Source of the DNA: Longimicrobiales bacterium
Lineage (GTDB): Bacteria; Gemmatimonadota; Gemmatimonadetes; Longimicrobiales; Gaopeijiaceae
Assembly (NCBI GenBank): GCA_028284495.1
Contig: JANQRP010000015.1
Coordinates: 6,466-70,465, forward strand
Reading direction: 5' to 3'
DNA length: 64,000 nt
The translations under genes were made by a program, and so were the position numbers. The first letter of the stretch is position 1. Each line of letters begins with the position of its first letter. Of the stretch, positions 9,597 to 18,263 are shown piece by piece. The notes under the pieces are model-generated. The model saw only the letters and a program-made list of their open reading frames with translations. It searched no databases and was not told the origin of the DNA.

Positions 9597-11243
9597 CTAG
9601 TCGTGTTCCGGCTCGTCCGGGGTACCCCACCCGCCGCCTCCGGGCGAGTGGAGCGAGACGACCTCCCCGGATGCGATGTCGAGGGTCGCCTTCGAGGGAA
9701 GCTCGTGCTCGCGGCCCTCGACGTCCACGCGCACGCACCGACCCACTCGGCCCGGAGCGCCCCCGGCCGCCCCGTCCGGGGCGACGCGTCGGCGCTCCGT
9801 GAGGAGCCCGATACGGGCGTCCGTAAGCACGCGGAGGTCCCGGATCAGCCCATCGCCACCCGCGTGCCGACCCTGGCCGCCGGATCCGCGCCGAACGGCG
9901 TAGCGTTCGATCCGGAACGGGTACGCGTGCTCGAGCGCCTCGACGGGGGTGTTCAGCGAGTTCGACATGTGGCTGTGGACGCCCGAGATCGCCGCCCCCG
10001 CCGGACCCGCGCCGATGCCTCCGCCCATCGTCTCGTAGTAGGCGAACGGGAGCCCGGAGCGCGGGTCCACGCCACCCACCGTGAGGTTGTTCATCGTTCC
10101 CTGCGAGAGCGCCGGGACGACGTCGGGGAGCGCCGGCTGGAGGGCGCGCAGGAGCACGTCGGTGATCCGCTGGGACGTCTCGACGTTGCCGGCTGCGACG
10201 CTCGCGGGTGGGCGAGCGTCGACGATCGACCCCGGTCGGGTGAGCACGGTGATCGCGTCCAGGGAGCCCCCACCCGCGGGCAGCGGCGTGCCGAGTAGCT
10301 GTTCCGCGAGGCACCGGAGCACGTAGCGTGTGGCGGACTCCGTGATGGCGCGGACGGCGTTCACGCCGCCGGTCGTCTGGTCCGCCGACTCGCGGAAGTC
10401 CACGACCATCCGGTCGCTCTCCACCTCGATCCGGACGCGGATGGGAAGCGGCCCCGACCCGAACCCGTCGTCCTCGATCACGTCCTCGGCCTCGAGGGGG
10501 CCGGCGGGGATCCGCTCGATGGCCGCGGTGAGAAGGCGATCTGCGTAGGCCAGCAGCGCGGACATCGCGAGCCGGGTCGTGTCGAGCCCCCGGCGGGCGA
10601 CGATCTCACGAAGCCGGGCGGCCCCCGTGTGGAGTGAGCCGAGCTGCGCGTCGAGGTCGCCTTCGCGCTCGTCCGGGGTGCGGACGTTGGCGAGCAGCAG
10701 GCGCCACACGTCGTCGCGCCGCTCGCCGCCGGCCATGAGGAGCACCGGAGGGATCCGGAGTCCCTCCTGGACGATCTCGCGCGCGAGCGGCATCGACCCC
10801 GGCGCCATTCCTCCGACGTCCGCGTGGTGGGCGCGCGACGCTACCCACGCGACCGGTCGGGGCTCCTCGTCCACGTGGACGGGCGCGACGAGCGTGACGT
10901 CCGGAAGGTGCGTGCCGCCCCGGAACGGATCGTTCAGGACGACGACGTCCCCGCGCCCGAGGCTCGGGAAGGTGGCGATCGCCGCTTCGACCGAAGCCGG
11001 CATGGCTCCGAGGTGCACCGGCATGTGGTCGCCGAGGGCCACCGGGCGGACATCCGGATCGAAGAGCGCGCACGAGTAGTCCCGCCGCTCCTTGATGTTC
11101 GGGCTGAACGCCGCCCGGCGGAGCGACGCCCCCATCTCCTCGGTCAGCGCGGAGAACAGATTCCGGAAGATCTCCAGCTGGATCGGGTCCAGATCGGAGG
11201 GGTGCACGGGTTGGCTCAATGGGGTCACCTGGTTAATCTTCAA
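9597..11243 (-). CDS. Hydantoinase B / oxoprolinase family protein
   Basis: DPIQLEIF...EEMGASLRRAAFSPNIKERRDYSCALFD, HMPVHLGAM, LNDPFRGGTHLPD, RAHHADVGG, NTPVEALEHAYP. Exact start uncertain. Confidence 0.9.
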   Translation of the reverse strand: MKINQVTPLSQPVHPSDLDPIQLEIFRNLFSALTEEMGASLRRAAFSPNIKERRDYSCALFDPDVRPVALGDHMPVHLGAMPASVEAAIATFPSLGRGDVVVLNDPFRGGTHLPDVTLVAPVHVDEEPRPVAWVASRAHHADVGGMAPGSMPLAREIVQEGLRIPPVLLMAGGERRDDVWRLLLANVRTPDEREGDLDAQLGSLHTGAARLREIVARRGLDTTRLAMSALLAYADRLLTAAIERIPAGPLEAEDVIEDDGFGSGPLPIRVRIEVESDRMVVDFRESADQTTGGVNAVRAITESATRYVLRCLAEQLLGTPLPAGGGSLDAITVLTRPGSIVDARPPASVAAGNVETSQRITDVLLRALQPALPDVVPALSQGTMNNLTVGGVDPRSGLPFAYYETMGGGIGAGPAGAAISGVHSHMSNSLNTPVEALEHAYPFRIERYAVRRGSGGQGRHAGGDGLIRDLRVLTDARIGLLTERRRVAPDGAAGGAPGRVGRCVRVDVEGREHELPSKATLDIASGEVVSLHSPGGGGWGTPDEPEHD

Positions 11244-11314
11244 GGCTGGACAAACTACACATCTGGGGCGACGCCGGCGACGGTGTGCCTGACCAAATAC
11301 GACGGGGGTGCCGC

Positions 11315-11644
11315 ATGGGTCACGACAAGCTGATGGACCGAGCGAGAGACGAACTGTTCAGCCACATCAACCGGTGTGGTGTGCTGCAGGCCTCCCCAGA
11401 GGACCAGAAGACGTGGATGTCCGAGACGATCGACTACCTGGCGGAGCGGTACCCCGACCTCTCGGACCTCCACCTCGACCAGCTCCACAACATCGGCCTG
11501 CGCTTCTGCCAGCCGGCCATCGGCCACGGCACGGACAACGCGGTGAGCTCCGAGGGCCCCGACGCGCCCGAGGCCGAGACGGCGGCCGAGGACGAGGTTG
11601 CCGAGGAAGAGGTCGCCGAGGAAGAGGTGACGTCGGCCGCCTGA
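11315..11644 (+). CDS. Small hypothetical protein with acidic repeat tail
   Basis: MGHDKLMDRARDELFSHINRCGVL...; strong coding bias; tail EDEVA-EEEVA-EEEVT encoded by 15-bp repeats; followed by a terminator. Confidence 0.75.
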   Translation: MGHDKLMDRARDELFSHINRCGVLQASPEDQKTWMSETIDYLAERYPDLSDLHLDQLHNIGLRFCQPAIGHGTDNAVSSEGPDAPEAETAAEDEVAEEEVAEEEVTSAA

Positions 11645-11707
11645 CCCGGCGGGCGGCACCACGGACGCTGCCCGGCGCGGAAACGCGCCGCCCGCAGCGG
11701 CACCCAG

Positions 11708-11745
11708 ACGGGGTGGGGACGCACGTCCCCGCCCCGTTCGTTGTT
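11708..11745 (+). terminator. Intrinsic terminator hairpin
   Basis: acggggtggggacg / cgtccccgccccgt stem (one G-U pair) followed by tcgttgtt. Confidence 0.65.
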
Positions 11746-11815
11746 CCGGGCCGCTGCGCTCGGACCTCTTTGCGAGCCGGGCGCTCGGAAAGGGATGGCG
11801 CCGCTGCGCGTACCT

Positions 11816-11824
11816 TGGTATAAT
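11816..11824 (+). promoter_or_regulatory. Extended -10 sigma-70-type promoter element (TGnTATAAT)
   Basis: Exact tggtataat about 50 nt upstream of ATG 11877 in a very GC-rich background. Confidence 0.55.
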
Positions 11825-11876
11825 TCCGCCCCATTTTTTTCTGGTGATCCCGGATTCCCGGGTCTTCGAGGACGCC

Positions 11877-12245
11877 ATGGCACGGTGGCACATACAGGAG
11901 CCCGCCCGTTTCGAGGGGCAGGAGCTCGACAACGAGAAGTGGCTTCTCGAAGCCTACTACCAGCGGGCACGCATCGAGTCGCCCGTCGGCGGGCCCCTCA
12001 ACCCGCTGCTCGTCGAGTACGCGGACGACGGGAGCGGCGTGGTCCGGTTCGAGTGTCTCGTCTCGTCCCTCCGATACTGGGTTCGTATCCCGAAGGCGAC
12101 TCGGACGGAGCGCACCGCGGTGCGCGAGCAGCGGGGGAGAGGATTCGATCCGACGTGCCCCCGCTGTCGGCCGGCCGATCGGCTGGTCCGGAGCGGCGGC
12201 GTGCTCGTCTGCCCGCACTGCGGCGTGCGTTTCGGTCGTCCCTGA
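11877..12245 (+). CDS. Hypothetical protein with C-terminal zinc ribbon
   Basis: CPRC...CPHCG; ATG 11877 has a gagg RBS (alternative GTG 11844). Confidence 0.7.
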   Translation: MARWHIQEPARFEGQELDNEKWLLEAYYQRARIESPVGGPLNPLLVEYADDGSGVVRFECLVSSLRYWVRIPKATRTERTAVREQRGRGFDPTCPRCRPADRLVRSGGVLVCPHCGVRFGRP

Positions 12246-12435
12246 GCGAGGCCGCAAACCGGGTCTCGACGCCCGGACTTGTCCGTCCGGGTAGTGGAAA
12301 CGTATGTTTATTCCGCCATGACGGGCCGGGCTCTGGTCGCCCCCGAAGGGTGCGATTAGGTTCCGGAAAATTCGGGGCCGACGGCCGCCTCCGTCGCCCT
12401 CCGTGCCTCCAGGAAATCACCCACCCGGAGTACAC

Positions 12436-13545
12436 ATGCCGGACTCCTTCCTCAGTTCCGAGGAATACGACGAGCAGGCGCATCAACTCTACAACAGCGG
12501 TGACTACGAAGGGGCTCTCCAGATGCTCAAGGAGGGCCTTTCTCTTTATCCCAACTCGGTCGACCTGAGCGTCGGCCTGGGATACGCGCGTCTGGCCCGA
12601 GAGGAGTTCGCCTGGGCCCGGACCGCCTTCGAGCGAGCTCTCGTCCTGGACCCCGGGCACGAGGACGCGATGGTGGGACTTGGTGAGGCCCTGCTGCGGT
12701 TCGGTGAGCGGGACCGGGCGCTGAAGCTGTTCGAGGAAGTCGCGCGAATGGGATACGTGGACGACGTCGAGCTCATGCTCACCGTCGGCCGGGCCCTGTA
12801 CCGCGAGCAGATGTACGCGGAGGCACGCGACGTCTTCGCGCGCGCCTCCGCCTCCTTCCCGGACAACGCCGAGGCTGCGGCGTCCATGGGCTACTGCCTG
12901 CACCGGCTCGGCGACGAGCTCGGCGCGAGTCGTCAGATCCGGCGAGCGCTGCGGCTCGACCCGGACCTGTACGAGGCGCGCATCTACCGGGGTCACCTGC
13001 TGTACGATCGGGGGGACTGGGAGGGAGCGCTTCGCGAGTTCGAGCGGGTACCTCCGGTGGAGCACTGGGACCCGGTCGCGGTGTGGCGCATCATGGAGCT
13101 GAAGCGGGCGCTCTGGCACATGGAGGAGGGCGACGCCCGGCTCCGGCCATGGGAGGAGCGGCTTCGCAGCCTCGAGACGCTGGACGATCCGATCGATCGC
13201 ATGCTCGCCGAGATCGAGGCGGCCGCGAACGGCCGACCGCTCTTCCACATCGATCCGTCACAGCTCGAACTGTTCCAGGCCGCTTCCGCGGACGATGTGG
13301 ACCGCCACGCCGTGCGGACGTCGGACGGCGTGGTCCATCGCGGGACCTGGAATCAGATCGTCCGGAAGATGCAGATCGACGCCGGGTTCGGTCACGAGAC
13401 GCTGGTGCAGTACATGCGACGGCTGGCCGAGGGGTGGCACGAGCGCAGCGGCATCGAGGTTCCGTTCCAGGATCCGGAGTCGTTTCTCCGGGTGGCGGCG
13501 GCCCACCGACTGATCTTCCTCGAGGACGACGCGCGGGATACATGA
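12436..13545 (+). CDS. Tetratricopeptide repeat protein with unknown C-terminal domain
   Basis: Repeated TPR patterns (AHQLYNSGDYEGALQML...YP; ALVLDPGHEDA; ALRLDPDLYEA); ggag RBS. Confidence 0.8.
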   Translation: MPDSFLSSEEYDEQAHQLYNSGDYEGALQMLKEGLSLYPNSVDLSVGLGYARLAREEFAWARTAFERALVLDPGHEDAMVGLGEALLRFGERDRALKLFEEVARMGYVDDVELMLTVGRALYREQMYAEARDVFARASASFPDNAEAAASMGYCLHRLGDELGASRQIRRALRLDPDLYEARIYRGHLLYDRGDWEGALREFERVPPVEHWDPVAVWRIMELKRALWHMEEGDARLRPWEERLRSLETLDDPIDRMLAEIEAAANGRPLFHIDPSQLELFQAASADDVDRHAVRTSDGVVHRGTWNQIVRKMQIDAGFGHETLVQYMRRLAEGWHERSGIEVPFQDPESFLRVAAAHRLIFLEDDARDT

Positions 13546-14252
13546 CCCAGGACACGTTGAAGCGGTTCTTCGAGTCGCTGGTGGAGGCGTTGCGCGAGCG
13601 CGGGCCGCAGGACCTGACGGCCCCCTTCACGGTCGCGGAGATCTACCAGGATCTCGTGCCGTACCGGACCCACAGGGACGTGCTGGGCTTCGAGATGAAC
13701 GGGGACTACGAGCACGCCCTCCTCCAGTTGCTGGCCGGCCGCGAGGGCTACCTCGAACTCGAGTCGGAGCACGCGCTCGAGGAGATCCGGACGGAGCTCG
13801 ACGGGAAGAACCCCGACACGTCGCTCTATCGGGACTTCGCCGCGGTGGACGTGCGGATCTCCCCCGGGATGGTACCTCCGGCGCCCACGTCGGCCCCGCC
13901 TCCGGCCGAGGTCGCCGGGGAGGAGAACGCACCCGAACCGTCCGCCGCAGAGGCGCTCGCGGTCCGCGGGGTCGAGTCGCTCGCTCCGGACCCCGGCGCT
14001 GCACCCGACACCTCGGCATCGCCCACGACGTTCATCGAGGGGGCCAGCCCCGGCACGTCCCGTCCGGTCGTGACCCCGTCGGCCGACGGCATCTGTCGCT
14101 CGTGCCACTCCAGGCTTCCCGACCGGGACGATCTGAGGTACTGCCCCTTCTGCGGCGAGGACCTCTCGCGCACCCCGTGCGGATCCTGCGGGGAGTTGCT
14201 CGAGCCGGACTGGGACTACTGCATCGTATGCGGAGCCCCGAAGGGGCAGTGA
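13542..14252 (+). CDS. Double zinc ribbon domain protein
   Basis: C-terminal CRSC...CPFCG...CGSCG...CIVCG; Pro/Ala-rich linker; ATGA overlap with the TPR gene. Confidence 0.8.
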   Translation: MTQDTLKRFFESLVEALRERGPQDLTAPFTVAEIYQDLVPYRTHRDVLGFEMNGDYEHALLQLLAGREGYLELESEHALEEIRTELDGKNPDTSLYRDFAAVDVRISPGMVPPAPTSAPPPAEVAGEENAPEPSAAEALAVRGVESLAPDPGAAPDTSASPTTFIEGASPGTSRPVVTPSADGICRSCHSRLPDRDDLRYCPFCGEDLSRTPCGSCGELLEPDWDYCIVCGAPKGQ

Positions 14253-14701
14253 GGCGCTCCGCGACGACCGTCGTGCCCACCCTGCTGGCGGCGGCCGCAC
14301 TGGTGGCGTGCGACGCCCCACCCGAGCTTCGACCCGATCAGGTCCTTCGCGACTCCCTCGGACTCACGGACCGTGACCGGGTCCACGTCGTGCGCCTGTC
14401 GTCGTCCGGGACGGGCGAGGACGTGGCAGAGCCGGCGGAGACGGTCGTGCGCTCGGGTGATCTCGTGACCTTCGACCTCGCGGATCGGCGCGCGCGTACG
14501 GTACGGTTCGATGCCTCCGGGCTGGACGCACTCACGTCGGCGTGGGCCGACTCGGCGGGCCTGCTTCGAGCGCCGTTTCTGGCCGACTCGGGCGCGCGCT
14601 GGGTCCTGGACTTCGCCGACGCACCCTCCGCGCGGTTTCCCTTCACGGTCGTGGGCGGCGGAGAATCGGGTGCAGGCGCGATCGTCGTGGAAGCGCGATG
14701 A
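14249..14701 (+). CDS. Hypothetical lipoprotein (possibly cupredoxin-like fold without clear Cu ligands)
   Basis: LVA-C lipobox; VRSGDLVTF and C-terminal GAIVVE; GTGA overlap. Confidence 0.6.
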   Translation: MRRSATTVVPTLLAAAALVACDAPPELRPDQVLRDSLGLTDRDRVHVVRLSSSGTGEDVAEPAETVVRSGDLVTFDLADRRARTVRFDASGLDALTSAWADSAGLLRAPFLADSGARWVLDFADAPSARFPFTVVGGGESGAGAIVVEAR

Positions 14702-15750
14702 GCCGGAGCATCGCGGTGGTTCCGGGGGACGGAATCGGCCTCGAGGTCGTGCGCGAGGCGGTGCGCGTACTCGAGACCGCGTCCCGTCGGTTCGACCTCG
14801 ACCTCACGCTGGCTCACTTCGAACTCGGGGCGGATCTCTATCTCGCCCGCGGCGTGGCCATCACCGATGAGGAGTTCGAGCTGCTCGCCGGCCACGACGC
14901 GATCCTGCTCGGCGCCCTCGGTGACGAGCGCGTTCCCGGAAACGAGCACATGCGGGAGATCCTGCTCGGCCTCCGCTTCGGCCTCGACCTCTTCATCAAC
15001 TACCGACCGTGCCGCGCCCTGGACCCGGCGCTGTCGCCGCTGACCGGCGCAGCCGATCGGGCGATCGACCTCCACATCTTCAGGGAGAACACGGAGGGGA
15101 TCTACAGCGGAATCGGGGGCCGTCACCGGCGTGGGACGCCGGACGAGATCGCGATCCAGGAAGACGTCAACACGAGGCGAGGCGTGGAGCGCATCGTCCG
15201 CGCCGCCTGCGAGTTCACGGCCGACCGGCGCCTCGGACTGCTCACCATGGTCGACAAGGCCAACGCCATGCCCGACGTCGGCGGGCTCTGGCGCGACGTC
15301 TTTTCGGAGGTGACCTCCGAGTACGACGGATTCGACACCGAGGTTCGGCTCGTGGACGCCATGGCCATGGACCTCGTACGACGGCCGGAGCGCTACCGGG
15401 TGCTCGTGACGGGTAACCTCTTCGGGGACATCCTCAGCGACCTCGCGGCGCAGGTCACGGGCGGGCTGGGGGCGGCCCCGTCGGCCAATCTGCACCCGGG
15501 TGGGCACGCCCTCTTCGAGCCGGTGCACGGGTCCGCGCCCGACATCGCGGGTAGCGGAACCGCGAATCCGCTCGGCGCGATTGCGTGTGCAGCGCTCGCG
15601 CTCGACCATGTGGGGTCGCCGGACGCGGCGCGGGCTGTGGAATCCGCGATCGCCACGTGTGTCGCAGCAGGTCCGCGAACCGCCGATTTCGGCGGCGCGG
15701 CGAGTACCGAGGACGTCGGACAATGGATCGCGGAGAGGGTATCCGCCTGA
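14698..15750 (+). CDS. Isocitrate/isopropylmalate/tartrate dehydrogenase family protein
   Basis: IAVVPGDGIGLEV, RENTEGIY, VDKANAM, NLFGDILSDLAAQVTGGLG, FEPVHGSAPDIAG..ANP. No leuC/leuD nearby, so the substrate is uncertain. Confidence 0.9.
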   Translation: MSRSIAVVPGDGIGLEVVREAVRVLETASRRFDLDLTLAHFELGADLYLARGVAITDEEFELLAGHDAILLGALGDERVPGNEHMREILLGLRFGLDLFINYRPCRALDPALSPLTGAADRAIDLHIFRENTEGIYSGIGGRHRRGTPDEIAIQEDVNTRRGVERIVRAACEFTADRRLGLLTMVDKANAMPDVGGLWRDVFSEVTSEYDGFDTEVRLVDAMAMDLVRRPERYRVLVTGNLFGDILSDLAAQVTGGLGAAPSANLHPGGHALFEPVHGSAPDIAGSGTANPLGAIACAALALDHVGSPDAARAVESAIATCVAAGPRTADFGGAASTEDVGQWIAERVSA

Positions 15751-15779
15751 ATCCGGGCCTGCGGGCCGGGGAGTAGCAG

Positions 15780-17036
15780 ATGACACCGAGGCAGAACATC
15801 GGAGAGATCCTCGTGGGATTCGGGAGAATCACCCAGGAGGACGTCGATCGGGCACTCGACCATCAGAGGGAGAACGGAGGCTACTTCGGCGCGGCGCTGA
15901 TCGCGCTCGGCGTCGTGTCCCCCGAGGAGATCGAGTGGAGCCTCGCCTCCCAGTTCGACATCCCGTACGTGTTCCCCGACGCGGAGTCCGTCGATCCGGA
16001 GGCGGTGGCGCTGGTCACGCCCGAGTGGGCGCTCGCGCACCTCACGCTCCCGATCACACGGTCGGGATCTTCCGTCACGGTGGTGGTCGATTCTCCGATG
16101 CGCACGAAGGCGATCGACGAGCTGGCGAAGCGGACCGGGTGCGAGATCTCCCTGGCGCTCGCGTCGGCCGCGCACATCCGGGAGCTGATCCGCGATGTGT
16201 TCCTCCGGCACCAGCGGGACGTCGCGGACCGGCCGACCCCGATCTCGCTCGAGGAAGGACTCGCCCTGACCCTCGGCGCCGTATCGGAGGCGTTCGGCGT
16301 GTCGACGCGCGGACGCAAGTCGATCTTCTGGTACGACGACGGGGGCGAGGTTCGCCGTCGGCTGCTGCTTCCCGAGTGGTCGCCGCAGCTCGACGCGTTC
16401 ATGGAGCCGAGTCCCAGCACGCAGGTGCACCGCCGGGATCGGGCGGTGTTCACGGCCCGTCTCAACCGGCGTGGACTCGTGGGCAACGTGACGGTCCGGT
16501 ACCTGGCCGACGAGAGTGGCGAGGAGCTTCTGATGCGCCCCGTCGACGAACCGGCGGACGCCGGGCCGGGCTTCGCGGTACCGCCACCCGGCATCGTGTC
16601 GGAGGTCCGGATGCTGGCGAGATCCGGGGCCGGACGCTTCCTCGTGCTCACGGATCCGAAGGACCTCGGTCACGAGATCCTGCCGAGGATTCCGGGCGCG
16701 CTGCTCGACCCCCACTGGCGGTCGATCTACGTGCACCACGACCAGAACCTCGAGGGCAACCGAGCCTTCAGTCTGCCGTTGCCCGACGAGGAGGATCAGT
16801 GGGCGAGCGAGCTCGAGGCGCTGCGGGGCTTCCGGTTCGACGTCGTGACGGTCGATCTCGATGGCTCCCCGGAGTCGTGGCTGGGTCCGGCGCTCAAGAT
16901 CGCCTCGGTCGCCTTCGTTCTCTGGCCGGCCGGCGAGGACCGCGGACCCGCGCGCGACGCGGGGATCCGCTGGGAACTCCGCATCTCCGAGGGGTCGGAC
17001 GACCAGCTCGAGTGGTCGCTGAACCCCCTTTCCTGA
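15780..17036 (+). CDS. MshEN/GspE-N domain protein, degenerate PilB/GspE ATPase paralog
   Basis: Tandem MshEN-like motifs (IGEILVGFGRITQEDVDRALDHQ; FGAALIALGVVSPEEIEWSLASQ) plus a T2SSE_N-like region; PilB-like N2 segment (VTVRYLADESGEELLMRPVD); no GxxxxGKT. Confidence 0.7.
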   Translation: MTPRQNIGEILVGFGRITQEDVDRALDHQRENGGYFGAALIALGVVSPEEIEWSLASQFDIPYVFPDAESVDPEAVALVTPEWALAHLTLPITRSGSSVTVVVDSPMRTKAIDELAKRTGCEISLALASAAHIRELIRDVFLRHQRDVADRPTPISLEEGLALTLGAVSEAFGVSTRGRKSIFWYDDGGEVRRRLLLPEWSPQLDAFMEPSPSTQVHRRDRAVFTARLNRRGLVGNVTVRYLADESGEELLMRPVDEPADAGPGFAVPPPGIVSEVRMLARSGAGRFLVLTDPKDLGHEILPRIPGALLDPHWRSIYVHHDQNLEGNRAFSLPLPDEEDQWASELEALRGFRFDVVTVDLDGSPESWLGPALKIASVAFVLWPAGEDRGPARDAGIRWELRISEGSDDQLEWSLNPLS

Positions 17037-17052
17037 ACCGGACGCACGCACG

Positions 17053-18132
17053 ATGGCTCAGATCGATCAGTTCCTGAAGGTTCTCGTCGAGAAGAAGGGA
17101 TCCGACCTGCACCTGACCACGGGGTCCCCCCCGGTGATGCGGGTCCACGGCCACCTCCAGCGGTTCAAGTTCCGCGAGCTCTCCGCGAAGGACATGGAGA
17201 CGCTCGTGTACGAGATCATGGAGGAGGAGTGGCGGATGCGATTCCTCGACAAGATGGACTACGACTTCGCGTACGAGATCGAGGGGCTCGCGCGCTTCCG
17301 GGTGAACGTCTTCTGGCAGAAGAAGGGGCTCGGGGCGGTGTTCCGGACCATCCCGTCCAGGATCGTCACGGCGGATGAGCTGGGGCTCCCGGAAGCGGTG
17401 AAGCGCCTCTGCATGCTGACCAAGGGGCTCGTCCTGATCACCGGCCCCACGGGATCGGGGAAATCCACCACGCTCGCCGCGATGGTGGACCTGATCAACG
17501 ATACCCGACCGGAGCACGTGCTCACGATCGAGGATCCCATCGAGTTCGTGCACGAGAACCGCAAGTCTCTCGTCAACCAGCGGGAGATCCTGACCAACAC
17601 CAAGTCGTTCGCGAACGCGCTTCGCGCGGCGCTCCGCGAGGACCCGGACGTGATCCTCGTGGGTGAGATGCGGGACCGTGAGACGATCGAGCTCGGCATC
17701 ACCGCGGCGGAGACCGGCCATCTCGTGTTCGGAACGCTTCACACGAATTCGGCCCCGAAGACGGTGGACCGGATCATCGACGTCTTCCCGGCCGACCAGC
17801 AGGACCAGATCCGCGCGATGCTCGCGGAATCACTGAAGGGCGTCGTCTCGCAGGTGCTGCTCCGCCACAAGGACGGCAAGAGCCGCATGGCCGCGATGGA
17901 GATCATGGTGGGTACGGGCGCGGTGCGTAACCTCATCCGTGAAAACAAGATCCATCAGATCCCGTCCATGATCCAGACGGGGAAGAAGGACGGAATGCAG
18001 CTTCTCGACCAGCACATCCTGGAGTTCCTGATGGCGGGTCAGATCACGCCGGAGGAGGCCTACATGAAGTGCCACCACAAGCAGGCCTTCCTCCAGTACC
18101 TCGACAAGGAGCCCGAGGAGGAATTCGTCTGA
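17053..18132 (+). CDS. pilT: Type IV pilus retraction ATPase PilT
   Basis: SDLHLTTG, GLVLITGPTGSGKSTTLAAM, TIEDPIEFVH, ALREDPDVILVGEMRD, AETGHLVFGTLHT, AVRNLIRE (AIRNLIRE motif). Confidence 0.95.
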   Translation: MAQIDQFLKVLVEKKGSDLHLTTGSPPVMRVHGHLQRFKFRELSAKDMETLVYEIMEEEWRMRFLDKMDYDFAYEIEGLARFRVNVFWQKKGLGAVFRTIPSRIVTADELGLPEAVKRLCMLTKGLVLITGPTGSGKSTTLAAMVDLINDTRPEHVLTIEDPIEFVHENRKSLVNQREILTNTKSFANALRAALREDPDVILVGEMRDRETIELGITAAETGHLVFGTLHTNSAPKTVDRIIDVFPADQQDQIRAMLAESLKGVVSQVLLRHKDGKSRMAAMEIMVGTGAVRNLIRENKIHQIPSMIQTGKKDGMQLLDQHILEFLMAGQITPEEAYMKCHHKQAFLQYLDKEPEEEFV

Positions 18133-18208
18133 CCTCGACGGTCCGCGCCGCCGCCCGCCCGATCCACGTCGCGGGGGAGGCGAAGGCCGGCGGATTCTCT
18201 TAGGATCA

Positions 18209-18242
18209 GGGGGTGGGCGCGCGGGCGCGCCACCCCCTTTTT
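18209..18242 (+). terminator. Intrinsic terminator after pilT
   Basis: gggggtgg...ccaccccc GC-rich stem followed by ttttt. Confidence 0.65.
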
Positions 18243-18263
18243 CGTACTCAGCGCCGGACCGAC

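Noticed and set aside
12359-12376. AT-rich ttcc(g)gaaaattc motif seen here and at about 25763-25777
   Set aside because: Only two imperfect copies; not enough to support a shared regulator site without a genome-wide scan.
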